Source: Chrysomallon squamiferum
Taxonomy: Eukaryota > Animalia > Mollusca
DNA: 64,000 nt
Assembly (NCBI GenBank): GCA_012295275.1
Contig: CM022668.1
Location: 14,074,001-14,138,000 of the forward strand
Reading direction: 5' to 3'
Shown: piece after piece, positions 1-15,255 of the stretch
How the letters are laid out: every line of letters begins with the position of its first letter
Numbering within the stretch: the stretch's first letter is position 1
Made by a program: the position numbers and the translations under genes
Notes under the pieces: model-generated
The model's input: only the letters and a program-made list of their open reading frames with translations
The model's database searches: none
Told to the model about the DNA's origin: nothing

Positions 1-180
1 ATAACCAGTAATTCTATCTTTTTTTTTTTTTATATCATCAGCTACGCATGAATATTCCTATCTCTACATTTACATCTGTGTTTACTTGTCTCTCTGTCTG
101 TCTGTGTCTGCGTGTGAGCAACTGACAAAGAAAAAGCGATGCAAGAGCAGCAGACTCTGCAGGTGCAAGGCAGCACTTAC

Positions 181-313
181 CCCCTCCATTCTTGTAGGCC
201 AAGTAGGGAAATCTCCACACGTTACCCAACCCGACGGCAAAGCCAACCAACGTGAGCACGAACTCGGCTTGTCGTCCCCATTTGTCCCGCGGTTTCACCA
301 ACGTAGCTCGATC
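181..313 (-). CDS. Coding exon of an SLC6 / sodium:neurotransmitter symporter (SNF) family transporter (N-terminus and TM1); the gene continues off the left edge of the window
   Basis: Translates [44 protein letters not shown](G), containing the SLC6 hallmarks RxxW..EF and [22 protein letters not shown]. Bounded by acceptor tgtttgtttcag| (AG at 315-314) and donor |gtaagtg (GT at 180-179). Length 133 nt = 44 codons + 1 (phase 0 in, phase 1 out). The subfamily cannot be assigned from one exon. Confidence 0.95.
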
Positions 314-343
314 CTGAAACAAACAATACGAAAACACTGCTTA

Positions 344-376
344 ATAATGATAATAATAATAATAACAATAATAATG

Positions 377-407
<31 letters not shown>

Positions 408-606
408 AAATAATGATAATAATAATAAGTGATAATAATAATAATAACAATAATAATAATAACAATAATAATAATAATAATAGTAATAATAATAATAATA
501 ACTGATGATATTAATGATAATAATAATAATAATAATAATGATGATAATAATAATAATAAATGATGATAATAATAATAGTGATGATGATAGTAATAATAAA
601 AATAAA

Positions 607-669
<63 letters not shown>
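344..669. repeat. (AAT/GAT)n trinucleotide microsatellite
   Basis: Direct reading; source of the poly-N/poly-I ORFs at 86-814. Confidence 0.95.
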
Positions 670-1228
670 TTTCATCAAAAAAGAAACCAGAATTCTACTC
701 ATGTATATTAATTTTTTTTTTTTTACCAAAAAGTCACTGAAGAATGAAACATTGAATTCCAACCAAGGTTTAACTGAAGAGTCAAAAGATTCATTTTTAC
801 CAAAGAGGCAATGAAAAATGAAATGAATTACACAATTTTACAAATATATGCTATCGACAATTATAGGCATATTAATTAATTTTTTACCAAGACTGCTCTC
901 AAAGTTCAACATCAAAGTTTATCAGAGAGATATTGAAAATTCAAATACTGAATTTTACCGAAGGATTCTTTTAAAAAATGGCATATAAAATTTTACCAAT
1001 GTAACAGTGAAAGGCCATACTTTTCGGTATATCAAGGTATTTACGTACAACAACTGATGATAATTCTAACACGATTCTCCGAGAAAAAGAACAGAAACTC
1101 TCCAAACAGATTCTTTTTTCATTACCGTTACTTGCGTCATAACTAACATTTTATATTTTTACCAAGTTGGTTTTCAAGCCAAGCGCATTTTTCTTCTTCT
1201 TCTATTTTTTATTTTTTTATTATTTTTT

Positions 1229-1263
<35 letters not shown>

Positions 1264-1442
1264 TTTTTTTATTTTTTGCAAGTGTCGGTTACATTGGAGT
1301 ATTCAGGTTTGTGATGTATGCTCCCCAAAAAATTGGACAGGGTTTTTAGTTAGTAAGATAATTTTGAAAACAATATAATGATGATGATGATGATGATGAT
1401 GATGATGCTGATAATAAATAAATAACTAACTAAATAACAAAA

Positions 1443-1489
<47 letters not shown>

Positions 1490-2496
1490 CTGTTCTCAAA
1501 AGGTTATTTAGTCAAGAACAAAAAAAACAAGAAGATTATTCAAGATTTTGTTCTGCATTAAAAAAAAAAAAAAAAAAAAAAATTATGAACCCAATACTTC
1601 ACACGGTCTACGTTATCTGACAACATTAAAAAATAAATAATTTTTTTTTTTTTTTTTTTTTTTGTGTGCATTATATCGGAGGTGGCTTGGTACAGAAGTA
1701 AAATTTACATTTGTGCATTAAGTAAATACCCTTCTAGCCAGTGCCAGTGCTATGCAAACAAGATTTAATGGCGGTTTGATAGGTTCTCGAGCATAAACTG
1801 AGTTAGGTGTGATATTTTATTTTTTCTTATTTATTCTTAGTCATTTGTTATCTAACAACGTTAAAAAAGATATATATGACGTGACTCTTTGTTTGCTTTA
1901 GATATAAATATAGATATAGATAGAGATATAAATATAGATATAGACATAGACATAGATATATATATATATAGATAGAGATATATATTAGTGTTTGTACATA
2001 TATATATATGTGTTTCTGTTTGTGTTTCTATATGTTCATGTGTGTGTGTGTGTGTCTGTCTGTGTGTGTGGATCTGTCTGTCTGTCTGTGTGTGTGTTTT
2101 TCTCTGTGTGCGTCTGCTATGGTAAAAATTATCAAGGCTTTGTATTAAGCCTCAGTTTTCTGGTTCCCTGAATTTATGTCAAACAGCATTAAAACCAGAA
2201 AGTGTTTACAAACGTGTAACACGTTACGATCAAGTGTGAATGTTTTACTGATTACTGAAACAAAACAGATGGCGTCAAAACGTTAAATAAAAATAATATT
2301 ATAACAAAGAGTACGTTTCGGAAAGGTAAATCATACGTGAAATAGATAATAATGCGCCTTGGGGTTTATGACTAGTATCAGATTCATATACTACTGTGTG
2401 TCAGTGTCTGTATATGTGTGTGTATGTGTGTGTGTGTTTGTATGTGTATGTGTGTATATGTGTGTGCCGGGGGCAGGGAGGGAGAGAGAGAGAGAA

Positions 2497-2533
<37 letters not shown>

Positions 2534-2594
2534 GGGAGAAACAAAAACAAAGAGTGAGGCACTGAATGAGACAGGAACAGAGACAGAAAGTGTA

Positions 2595-2688
<94 letters not shown>

Positions 2689-3421
2689 AAGCGAGAGAAA
2701 AAGAGAGAGAGAGAATAATAAACATAACATTTTTTTCATGTCTTCGTTATATCAATCATTTTATTTCATAATAAGAAAAACAAAGAAAAAACCTGCTACC
2801 TTAACACTATGAATTATTATTATTATTATTATTTTCAAAACAGAAGCAAGATATCTCACACAAGTATGTTTAGAAAGCATGAAGGTTAATATCACAGTAT
2901 CCCATCTGTTACGGACCAACGAGTTATGCGACGTAAATACGGAGTTATCGCCCTTCGTTCTTCTCACAAACGTGCACGTGTCTATCGATCAGCTTACAAG
3001 GTGACTTTTATAATGAAATTCACCTCGTTCCGGACGAGATAAATTAGCCTGGACTGAAAATAACTTAAGTTTGATCCACGTCTAAACGTCAGAAGAATAA
3101 AACGAGTTACACGAAAGTTAATTCAGTGTGTAGAGGGTGTGTAATAAAACGCTGTATTAAAGCGCTAGCCGTTTCGTTGCGAGGAGGTAATAACATTAAT
3201 CACGTAGATATTTGCGAGATATTTACAGTCGCCGGATAACGGCAGCCAAAGTGAACGTTAAATTATGTTCCTCTTTCATGAGAATATAGATTTTTTGTTT
3301 ATCTCTCTCTCTCTCTCTCTCTCTGTCTGTCCCTTTTAGTTTGAATTTCTTTTTCGATAAATAACGCTATCTCTAACTCTGTCTGTCTCTCTGTGTCTCT
3401 GTGTCTCTCTGTGTCTCTGTG

Positions 3422-3499
<78 letters not shown>

Positions 3500-3941
3500 A
3501 CAAATTATAATACTCCTTGATCTAATGGATTTTGTGTTTTTCCTTTGTGTATCTCACTCTCTAAATTTCACTCTATCCTTCTGAAAGTCTGTCGGTCTAT
3601 CGATCGATCTATCAATCCATTAATCTCTCTATCTATGTCTATTTATTTGTTTATCTATATCTAATCTGTGTCAGTCTATTAATTTTCTTTCTTATTAATT
3701 CATCTCTGTCTCTCTCTCTATCTCTCTGAACATCGCATATATTTTTGAACTCCGTTTTTTATTTTCTTAGAACGAAGTATAATACAAAAAGACTGTGAAA
3801 CTCCGTGAGATTGTCATATAATTACATTTCTTTATTCAAAATCTAAATCTTGAAGCTACAAGACCCGAGGGTAATGGATAAAGATCTATTATGAATAATC
3901 GTTTTATTCTTATTACGATCTAAAAGACAAACTCCTTTCGG

Positions 3942-3975
<34 letters not shown>

Positions 3976-4352
3976 AAAATCCTGAATGTTCCCATCAAAC
4001 GTGACTTTAAAAAAAAATCATAATAAAAAATCGCTACAGGTTATTGTTATCTTCTGTTATCTACCACGGCGAAGTTTGTGACGTCACAGCAGTCACCGCG
4101 GTTCACAGTCTGTGAATTGTGTTTGAGGTAATTGAGGTCAAAACGATCCAAGAAGTTAATCAGATGGAACCGATTTAAACACGGTGTCATGCTCTCGTGA
4201 GTAATAATATGTAAGTATGTTTCGTTTTTAAAGATAAGCTGAGAAACTGCTGACTCTGTAAGATATCGAGATGTACCCAAACTGCTTACTGAGAAATCTT
4301 ACTGAAATCTCAAGCAATAATTACTGCATTAATTATTGCTATATATATATAT

Positions 4353-4386
<34 letters not shown>

Positions 4387-4687
4387 ATAGAATATATAAA
4401 AATCAACATAAACACTAACACATATAAAAGAGAAAACACACACTTAAAGGCACGGACATACACATTCACAGTTAAAACACGAAATTTGCAAAGAAACTAA
4501 AAAACATATAAACACATAATTATATATATGTGTATGTATACATATACATACACACACACACTCACACACATATATTATATCAAACACAAACTGCACCAGA
4601 TATTTAAAATGGCCAACACACTCAATGACTGTGTGTCTGTCTGTCTGTCACTGTCTGTCACACTCTCACACACAAAACTCTCTCACG

Positions 4688-4734
<47 letters not shown>

Positions 4735-5581
4735 CAATTAGCCAGGTATATATTTCTACACAAATTCGTAACAGTCAGTCTCTCTCTCGGCGGCCAACGC
4801 GTTGAATTTATTTACCATAACTTAACTACGTGCCCCCGCACTGGTGTTACAAGTCTCCTTACAACACACACGTGACACACACGTAACACACACGTAACAC
4901 GCGCCCGGGTTTATTTTCAGTTTTACAAACACAAAACATGTCACCTACTGACAGATGTTTAAGTAAATACGCCAGACATTAATATTCATGAGCAGAGCAT
5001 TAATATTCATGAGCTGTTGCATATTCATGTGTGTCGTCACTCCGATTATTCGGCAATCTGTTGTATTTGTTTTTAATGGCGGTTTTGTGTAATGGTGTTA
5101 ATTCAGTTATTTGAAGCTGTGGTTAGTTTGACGTTTTGTGTGTGTACTGGTTATGAAGATCATTATATATATATATATATATTTATTTATTTATTTATTT
5201 TTTTTGTATGTGTGTATGCTATATACATTTGTGTCTATTTGTATGTCGGTTTGTGAGTTGTGTATATGTGTGTATATGTGTGTATGTGTGTGTATATATA
5301 TACATATATTTGTATAGATATTCGCATACGTGATTTTGTCATATGTATTTTTGTATATTCTTACGTTTTAAATTGATGTACGTACATATGCGTGTGTGTT
5401 CGCGGAAACGTATGATGTGTTGACGTTTGTTTTTGTTGTTGTTAATTAATGATTTTACCTTTATCACTGATAAAACACACCTGTTACACGTCATAATTCT
5501 CACCTGTGACACCTGATGCTTGAACGAGATAACGTTGAAAAATTGGAATCTAATTTCCTACGTGCTGCTGTACACAAACAC

Positions 5582-5676
<95 letters not shown>

Positions 5677-5926
5677 TTTTTATCTATTAATCGTTTGCTT
5701 GTCAAGTCTGTCTCTCTCTCTCCTGTATTCGAATCTGTATATAATCAGTTTGTTAAGACAATCGAAAATCTCAGTGAAAACAGAAACAGTTTCTGCCGAG
5801 AGCATTTTCTTAGACAAAAGTAATTAAAATGTTTCCTTTAGGCTGCTAGAATGATCACGTATTTTTCTTTTTAAATGCTTCGTTTTTCTCGTTCATTTGC
5901 GTTATTTTGCTTAATAGACACAATAG

Positions 5927-6111
<185 letters not shown>

Positions 6112-6188
6112 TTATTGCCAAAAAACAAAGTTTTAAAAGGAAATAATAACAAAAATCAAGAAAGTTACTACCAAAAAATCAGTTTTAA

Positions 6189-6219
<31 letters not shown>

Positions 6220-6308
6220 GTACCCATAATAAAATGAAAATATAAAGCAGATAAATACAGAGAAAATTCTACATTAAAAGAAAAAAATAACAAAAAAAAC
6301 ACACATAC

Positions 6309-6317
6309 CAGTACCAT
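6309..6317 (-). CDS. Candidate start-codon micro-exon (M-V-L) for the SLC6 gene
   Basis: Minus strand reads agccATG GTA CTG|gtatgt. Kozak-like gccATGG, and a phase-0 donor that joins in frame to the acceptor at 313, giving [12 protein letters not shown]. Inference only. Confidence 0.35.
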
Positions 6318-7475
6318 GGCTTACTTCAGTCTAAGTCAGTGAACATTTGAAAAGTCATTTTACACAACCCAGAACCTTCTCACATTATAAAGCACAAAAG
6401 GCAATTAAAATCTTCAAACTTAAAATTTAGTACATAATTTACTGGTTATTTTTTTTTTTTTTTACGACCCACCAGATTTTATAAATGTCCCTGTATCGAG
6501 TGTTTTTGACATTTTACTTTTTCTGTTTCACTGGTTATCAGATGAGTACGTGGTTATTGATAAGAAGTGAACGTTACCCGACTACTCAGGATTGAAATAA
6601 ATTATCTGTTAGACTTTACACCCTTGTATCTCTCAAGAGCCATTCATAAAAAAAAAAAAAAAAAAAAAAAATAGGGTAAGTGAAAGGATGAGGGGGTGAT
6701 CGAAATTTACACGAAAACAGAAAGAAGGGTGATGTTGTTTCGTTAAACAATACAAAGGTTGGGAATAAAAAGGAGAATGGGGTCGACAATAAAACTAACT
6801 ATTTATTTATTTATATATTTATTTATTTAGATAGATAATGAGCTGGGAACAATTTCTTTTCATGTAGCTCCTATTTTGTCAAATATCGTCATCACTATTA
6901 TTATTTCTATTACTGTTATTAAAAACCATTGCTACTGACAATTATTTTTGTATGCCGTCGTCGTTGGTGTTGTTCGAAGTCTCATTTTTGTTGCTGCGGT
7001 TGTTGCTGTTGCCCTTTATATTACAGTCATTCCTTTCGTCGATGCCGTGTTGTTGTTGTTTTCGTTTTTCTTGTCGTTGTTATTATTATGTTTATTTTAA
7101 TGTCGTCGTAGATGTCGTTGGTGGAGTCGTAGTAAATGTTACATTCACTAGCATTGGACTCCTTCTTTATGATTATTATTGTTGTTGTTGTTGCTGCTGC
7201 TGCTGCTACTGCAGCTGTTGTTGGTATATTGTTAGGTTTATGTCGTTGTTCATGTCATAGCCATTGCAGGTGTATTACTTATTGTTTCTTGTTAGTCGCA
7301 ATTGTTGTTATCATGTTTAGCTGTCTGCCTCATCATCACTAGCAACAGCATCAGCATCATCAGCATCGTTATCAAGGTATCATCAACATCATCATTATGA
7401 TTTAACAATCCGAGTTTTTATGTTTAAATATTCTCTCTTCTTTCCACCCTCATTGACACGAACTGTGCTTAACCT

Positions 7476-7674
7476 GGATTAAAATAAAACCCGTTATAAT
7501 CCCAAAGAGCCGGTTTTAACCGCGGATTAACTCGATGGAATTATGGGAAGGTGGAGATTAATCAGGATTAAAGGAACGCTGTAGGTCACGTACTGGTGAA
7601 CTGGATTTATATGTTGTAATAATAATATTAATAATATTAATAATAATAATAACAATAATAATAATAATAATAAC

Positions 7675-7714
<40 letters not shown>

Positions 7715-8011
7715 TTGATGTCTACGGCGATGACAACGACAATTACAACATCAACATCAACATCAGTTATTATTATTATTATTATTATATAACGACAAAT
7801 ACGAAAGTGTAACACATAAAAACACAGATCAGTGAACTTTCCGCCCCCAAGATGCAGTTAATCACCTTTACGGATTAATTAATCCTTAATCCCGTAGACC
7901 GGATTATATATATATATATATACCCTCTTATATCAGTGCTGCCACACTTGCCATGGCAACCAACAATAGATTTACGTATTAATCCCGTAATCCAGATCGT
8001 TATACGGATTA
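7476..8011. promoter_or_regulatory. Homotypic cluster of TAATCC/GGATTA (K50 homeodomain: Otx/Pitx/Gsc-type) sites with an RFX X-box; candidate enhancer or promoter of the SLC6 gene
   Basis: Perfect hexamers start at 7476, 7497, 7524, 7565, 7872, 7880, 7887, 7901, 7980, 7988 and 8006. Palindrome GGATTAATTAATCC at 7872-7885. CTTGCCATGGCAAC at 7947-7960 is a 13/14 match to the X-box GTTGCCATGGCAAC. Confidence 0.6.
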
Positions 8012-8690
8012 AATTGGTGTGACCCGCATTTAGCTGACAAAAGATTTAAGTTTGGTGCTCGAGTACAGAAGGGTGGAAAATACACACGGAATAAGTATTT
8101 CCGTTCGGTTTCTCAAAGGTGTGTTGAACTAGCAATCTATTCCAGTTGTGCACTAACCGCCATAGTGTTTTGAACTAATGATAATAAATAAAATTAAGAT
8201 CGGTTATTAAACACATTTAAAAGAACAGAAATTTCTTATGTTTTCTAAACAAAAAAGTTAATTTTAATTTTGTGTTTCTTTCTTTGTTAACAACGGACAA
8301 CTTTTATGCATCTTCGGACACTGATAAACGACATCCAGAGCACGCGTTGGAACGGGCAATAACTGATGGGCGTTAAGATGTAATAGACTGAAGCAAGTAA
8401 TAAAATCGTTGTAATTTAACGATTGGTATCTCCTCGCTGTTTGAACCAAATAAAATAATTCAATATTTATACATGTTCTTCTGCTGAAACTGTTCAAGTA
8501 AAATGCGAAATTTCTTCTTTGTTTTTTTTTGTCTGTTTGTTTTTTTTTTTAATTTTTTTTTAATTAATATTAATGATTGCGATGATTCAGGTGCGTCATA
8601 AACACATTTTCTGTTTCAGTACTTTAGCACTTTCTGAATGCATATAATTTGTCTTAATTATCTCTCTCTTCTTTTTTATTTTTATATTAT

Positions 8691-8735
<45 letters not shown>

Positions 8736-9177
8736 AATCCGGGCCAATTTCTTATCAACATTAAATGTTTAACCGGCGCCCTGATGATCAGCAAAGTTGT
8801 AACTTAATTAGCGCATGTTTCTAAAGGAATAGTCTGCTTCAGTTGCCTTGCTGCTTTTTTTTTTTTTTTCTGTCTCTTCTCTTTCTTTTCTGTAAGTTTT
8901 TCTCTCACGTATTATTTCACGTTTTACTTATTTTTGTTTCTCGCTCTCGTTTTCCCATATCGACGCTTTCGTTTGCTTTCTTCCTCTTTCATTTGTTCTG
9001 TCTTTATAATGTCCTTCTCTCGCTCTTTTCAGACTACAATTGTGTCCATTTAACAATTTTTCTTTCTCTCTGAAACTTGTTTTGTTCTCTCTCTCTCTCT
9101 CTCTCTGTCTCTCTTTGTATCTCTCTTTAATTGAAACACCCATGCTATTTGACAAAACATCAAAAAAGTTTAAAAAA

Positions 9178-9212
<35 letters not shown>

Positions 9213-9543
9213 ATGAAACGCAAAAACAAGAACGGGACCTATTTATGGAAACACTCATGTTAACAACTGATATATTATTTTTCAACTTTACAACAAGAAT
9301 AAGTTGTAAATTCTATAAGATACGTCAATACCTGTTAACATTCCACTGCATGTCAATGTGTCAAAATGATTACTCTGTACATTAATTTATCAGTAACCTC
9401 CGTTTACCTCAAAATTAAAGAAACACTTTGATACGGTATCATTTTAAAATTCATCTTACGTAGAATGATATAAATGATTTTCAAAAAGTTTATTCTTTCC
9501 CGTTTCTTTCTTTCATTCTGTTTACTTTTCGTTTCAGAAAATA

Positions 9544-9574
<31 letters not shown>

Positions 9575-10409
9575 ACGCATCGAGTTAGCTCCCCTGCGTT
9601 AACATTTATTCCATAAAAAAAAAATTAATAAAATAAAAATAAATAAATAAAATATACATATAGTAATAAATAAATAATAAATAAATAAAAGAAAACATTA
9701 CCTCATGATAAACCAAATACAACTAACATATTTCACAACATGTAAATGAAAGTTTAACTGTCAGCAGAATTGTTAGATTGATCCAGGGTTTTAAAACGCA
9801 GATGACTTCTATTTTAGACGGATCGAAAATCTTTTGCGTCACTGTGTAGTTCTGTCAGTGCGCGTGTGTGTGTGTGTGTGTGTGTAAGTTGGTGAGCGTA
9901 TGTGTGTGCGTTTTGTGTGCATTCATTTTACCCCCTCTTTCTTCACACTAAGACTTGTATTACAGATGATAACACAAAGATTCCCTCCCCCCCACCCCCC
10001 ACCCCTTTCTCGAATTCTGGATCCGCTTCTGTTTCTACCAGCTGTTTAAAACGTTAGTGACAGACACGGTAGTTTTCACAGAAACAATTTATTATTGAAT
10101 TTCCTTGCAATGCGCTAGTTTGCTATGGGTGGTACGTTTTGCATAGATCTAGACGTATTACGTAAAAACAACAACAACATCAAACAAAAATCATAATTTA
10201 AAAAAAAAGAAATATCGGCTTTTGTACAAAGCTGGAATCTCAATTACAACAAATGTTTTGCTAGCTTAGCTTAATTTGTTTTCAAATACCTACAGCGGTA
10301 TTACAGTCTAGTTGTTCTATTAAGTGTTTCTAAACATTTTAAAAGTATGATGGAGTGATAGGGAAGAGAGAGACAGATTGATTGAGATAACAGACAAAAG
10401 GAGAGGGGG

Positions 10410-10506
<97 letters not shown>

Positions 10507-10748
10507 TGAGAGATATCTGTCAGAGAGATAGAGAAACTACTACGATAGACAGAGCTATGTGACAGACAAATGAATAAATACAGAGTGAGAGAAAGAACGA
10601 AAAGAGAGAAAGATAAAAAGAAAACGTAAAAGAAACAGCTATAGATAGGTGTACGAGTAGAGACATAAACACACACATAGAAAATAAAAAATTTAGAAAG
10701 ACACACACACACACACACACACACACAGGCACAGCAACACACACACGT

Positions 10749-10798
<50 letters not shown>

Positions 10799-11008
10799 AT
10801 ACAATCGGCACTTATCGGTATAATGCAAACAACTATATAATCTGCAAATCCGATCACACGCTCCGCTAAAAAAGATTTGTGCGAATTCAAAAGATACGTT
10901 TTTCTTTGTCATTGAACCTTTTGTACGTACGTCTCCTCGTAAATGAAATCATTGAATGACGAACGCACCAGACTACATACAGACAATACTCTGTGATCAC
11001 GTTACGTA

Positions 11009-11039
<31 letters not shown>

Positions 11040-11367
11040 TATTATTATTATTATTATTATTCGCAGTTCAGTAACAACTGCTAGGATAACTTGCTGAAGG
11101 TTGAATATGACATTGGACTAAGCGACGTCAGAGCAGTTTGGAGTTTTAAGCAGCTAAATAAAAACAAAATAACAAAATAAAATAAAATAAAGCATGAATA
11201 CAAAGAATGTCCGTCTTATCACCATCAGACGATCCGGTTTACTACCGTTGTTTATAATTACGCTTCACCGCCGTAAGAAATAGTCCCAAATGTTAAAATA
11301 AAAAAAAAAAAAAAAAAAAATAAATAAATAAATATTATGACAAACTAAATAGTTTTAAATAACTTAC

Positions 11368-11370
11368 CAT
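11368..11370 (-). CDS. Alternative candidate start-codon exon end (ATG only) for the SLC6 gene
   Basis: Minus strand reads gcagttaaaATG|gtaagtt: AAA-ATG context followed by a consensus GTAAGT donor, phase 0, giving [10 protein letters not shown]. Inference only. Confidence 0.35.
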
Positions 11371-11914
11371 TTTAACTGCTAAAATTAATTTAAAAACAGC
11401 CCAAAACTGTCAGTCTGTCACGGAAATTATATTTTTAACAATAAAACGATTTAAGAATGGCAGCCGACAAATAACTAAACTTGCTTTATATCATTGGCAG
11501 AAAACAACAACAATAAACAAACAAACAAACAAACAACCACAAAAAAACACAACAAAAAAAGAAAAAAAAATTAAAATGTCCTATGTTATAGGCAACATAT
11601 TTTAATGATATATCCTTTTTCAGTTTGTGAATTTATTTAATAATTTTCTTTTTTTTTACTTGCTCACTTAATTACTTATTCGTATATTTATTCGTATGAT
11701 TTCAGGAAAAGAGTGTTTTTTTTTTTTTCGTAAACACCTTTCACAGGTTAACTAGTGTAAACTGAATATTTATGACGTAAAAATTTACATATTTAAAACC
11801 TCACCTTTGTGATTTATGTTTATGGGCTTGTCCAATATTTTAACAAAGTGGTTAAAAAAAAAAACTTTCTGTATGCATGTTAGTCTGCACGTATGCATAT
11901 GCATTTAATTCATT

Positions 11915-11957
<43 letters not shown>

Positions 11958-11994
11958 ACACACTCTCTCTCTCTCTCACACACACTCACACACA

Positions 11995-12055
<61 letters not shown>

Positions 12056-13072
12056 TTAGAGCTTTTACTTTTCTTTTTTTTTTTTTTCATTCATTCGTAA
12101 CAAACAGTCAGTAAAAAAAGAAGATATTTCCTCAGTTGGTTCACTCGTATCAATCATCATGGAAATATTTATAAATGGGCGTGGTAACATTAACATAATA
12201 TATGAATGGAAAAAAACCAGATGACGTTCAGTGGCTTTTAACATGCTGACCTAGTAGTGGGGACATTACAAAGTCATGCTGTACCTGAACATACGTCTAA
12301 TAAAAGTGTGTTCCGTATAAGATAATTTATTTAAATAATTCGACTTTATGACTTCCTTAATTTATTATGTATCTCTTCTTTTTTTTTTCTATTCTTTTTT
12401 TTTTTTTTTTTGTCTTATTTTGTAAATTTATTATCATCATCATTATTATCATCAAAATCAGTATCAGCATTTTATTATTATTATTATTATTATTAGTATT
12501 AGTTATTATTACTGTTGTTATTGTTATTGTAGTAGCTGCTGCTGTTGCTGTTGCTATTGTTGTTGTTATTTACTGATTAATTTTATTTATCCAGAGTATG
12601 TCTATTTTCTATGTCTTTCCTCTTCGTCTTAAATTTTTCTTCTTTTTCCTTTTTCGTTTGTATCGTTTAGTTTAATTTGGAACATCATTCGTGCCTCTGT
12701 CATCTTGAAATTTTCTGTCTGTCTGTTTGTCTTTCTGTCTGTCTCGTCTGTCTAATTTGGAACTCATTCTGTCTGTCTCATAAGCTGTCATCTTGAAACT
12801 GTCTCTCTGTCTGTCTGTCTGTCTCTCTCTCTCTCAACATGTTTGCGTGTGCCTATAGTAGTGTGCGTATATTTATGTTGGCGTGTGTGTGTGTGCGTGA
12901 GTGTGTGCATTTGTGTTTCAGTTCTTTGGTGCATCTGAATGTGCGTGAATTTTCGTTTTAATTTCGTTTCCAGCTCTTTTAATTCAACACTCAGTGTGGG
13001 AATACTAGAAAACTTGTTTAGTGATGCATGATACTTTAAGAAATCTAATCCACGCAAACGCGCGAACACAAC

Positions 13073-13124
<52 letters not shown>

Positions 13125-13789
13125 TACACACATATACAGACGCACACACATACATATAAACACACACGTATACGCACGCACGCACACAAAGACATACGAC
13201 TAGCACCTGTATCTTTGTATCACCTCCGGTAACACGTCAGTGAACTTATTTTGTTATTGTCAGTAGTAAACAGCCTATAATTTACTTTAACGTCTGCAGG
13301 GATTCAGTTGTCTGGCGTGTGTTACATATCTATTTATTGCCACGACATGACTTACGTCTCCGACATTACACCGACACCAACACCACCCCGTTTGTAATTA
13401 TACCCCGGATCTACCCGTATACGCAGATTGTCCTCTGGTTATAGATGGTTATACGACTTGTTTCAATAACAATAAAAAGAATATAGTTAAAATGTCGGTT
13501 AATACACTAACTCCACTCCACTCCTTAGATCAGTATCGTGTTTGCCCAGGTCGTTTTGGAGCACAAAATAAACGTAACGCTAATGCGTAAATTGAAAGAT
13601 AGAAACAAATCAAACTCAAAACAGGCTCGTTTGTACAACATGTCATTCTTCTTCTATAACAAGTCATAAATATTTTATGTGTTTTTTTTTTTTTTAACAT
13701 GTTAGACGTAAGTATCCGATTCTGATGTGATTATATTTCTGTTCTGTTATAGTTACACACCTACACATGCATTTATATGTGTGTGTGTG

Positions 13790-13826
<37 letters not shown>

Positions 13827-13827
13827 G

Positions 13828-13953
<126 letters not shown>

Positions 13954-14166
13954 GATAGATAGATAGATTCAGAGAATGTGTGTGTGTGTGTCAACATTTT
14001 ATATCGTCCCAACACATTATACTTAGGTACCACCTAATCAGATATATAATTTACATTAGCAACAAAAATATATGAAAAACGAAAGGCTCATGCTGTCTGA
14101 ATATATTCGTATGTGCGTATGTACGTGCATGGATACACGCCTGTGTATGCGTGTACAAATATTGCT

Positions 14167-14211
<45 letters not shown>

Positions 14212-14701
14212 AAAATAATAAATGACTAAATAAAATAAAATAAATAATTAACATCATAAGCAGCCAACAAACCATATTAACATGGTGTTTATGTTACCCT
14301 ATGACCTTATATTTTAGCGCTCTGTATGGAAAACGTAACCACTAGTCTTTCATCGGCTGTTTTCCGTTTTGATCGTAATGTCACTTCGGCTGTCATCGGA
14401 ATGCAGAAAACACGCACCTGTGTTATTACATGGGGTCAGCTGATTGGAGGTCACAGAGGTTACGTTCCAAAATAAACAATGACAAAAGTTCAAAAAGCTA
14501 AATATACGAGATTCAGATTTAAAAGTAAATTTTTAGGAATTTTTTTTTTTAATTTTGTGTCATTTACAGAGAAAGGGCTAAAGAAGGATACTGAACATAT
14601 GTCATACAGATATACGCGCATGTACACACATACAAACATTCACACGCATATAAACTCACGTACACACATTTATGTAATACAAAAACACATATGTACACAT
14701 A

Positions 14702-14816
<115 letters not shown>

Positions 14817-15137
14817 ATTTAACATAAACAAAACATTACATTGCTAAAAGAACCCAAACAAAGTATTAAGTTACCGCGCTTTGCGTTAATTACACTTAAA
14901 CATGTTAGTAACATTGTTATCTGTGTATCAGATGAGCCTCGTTTTATTATAATTTTGATGAACAAGAAGGAAGGAAGTTGTATTATTTAAACTAGGACAG
15001 ACACAGAATATATACTGTTGATAAAGACCACCCACATTTAACATTTAAATAGGCTGTATGTATGTATGTATGTGTGTGTGTGTGTGTGTGTATATAAACA
15101 TGTACATATATATATATATACACACACACATATATAA

Positions 15138-15255
<118 letters not shown>

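Noticed and set aside
38-337. The 99-aa ORF as a complete gene
   Set aside because: Only 181-313 is SLC6-like; the flanking residues are intron read-through past clear splice sites.
9775-10030. GATCCAGGGTTTT ... AATTCTGGATCCGCTTCTG as MITE terminal inverted repeats
   Set aside because: Only ~7 bp of complementarity and no TSD; too degenerate to support.
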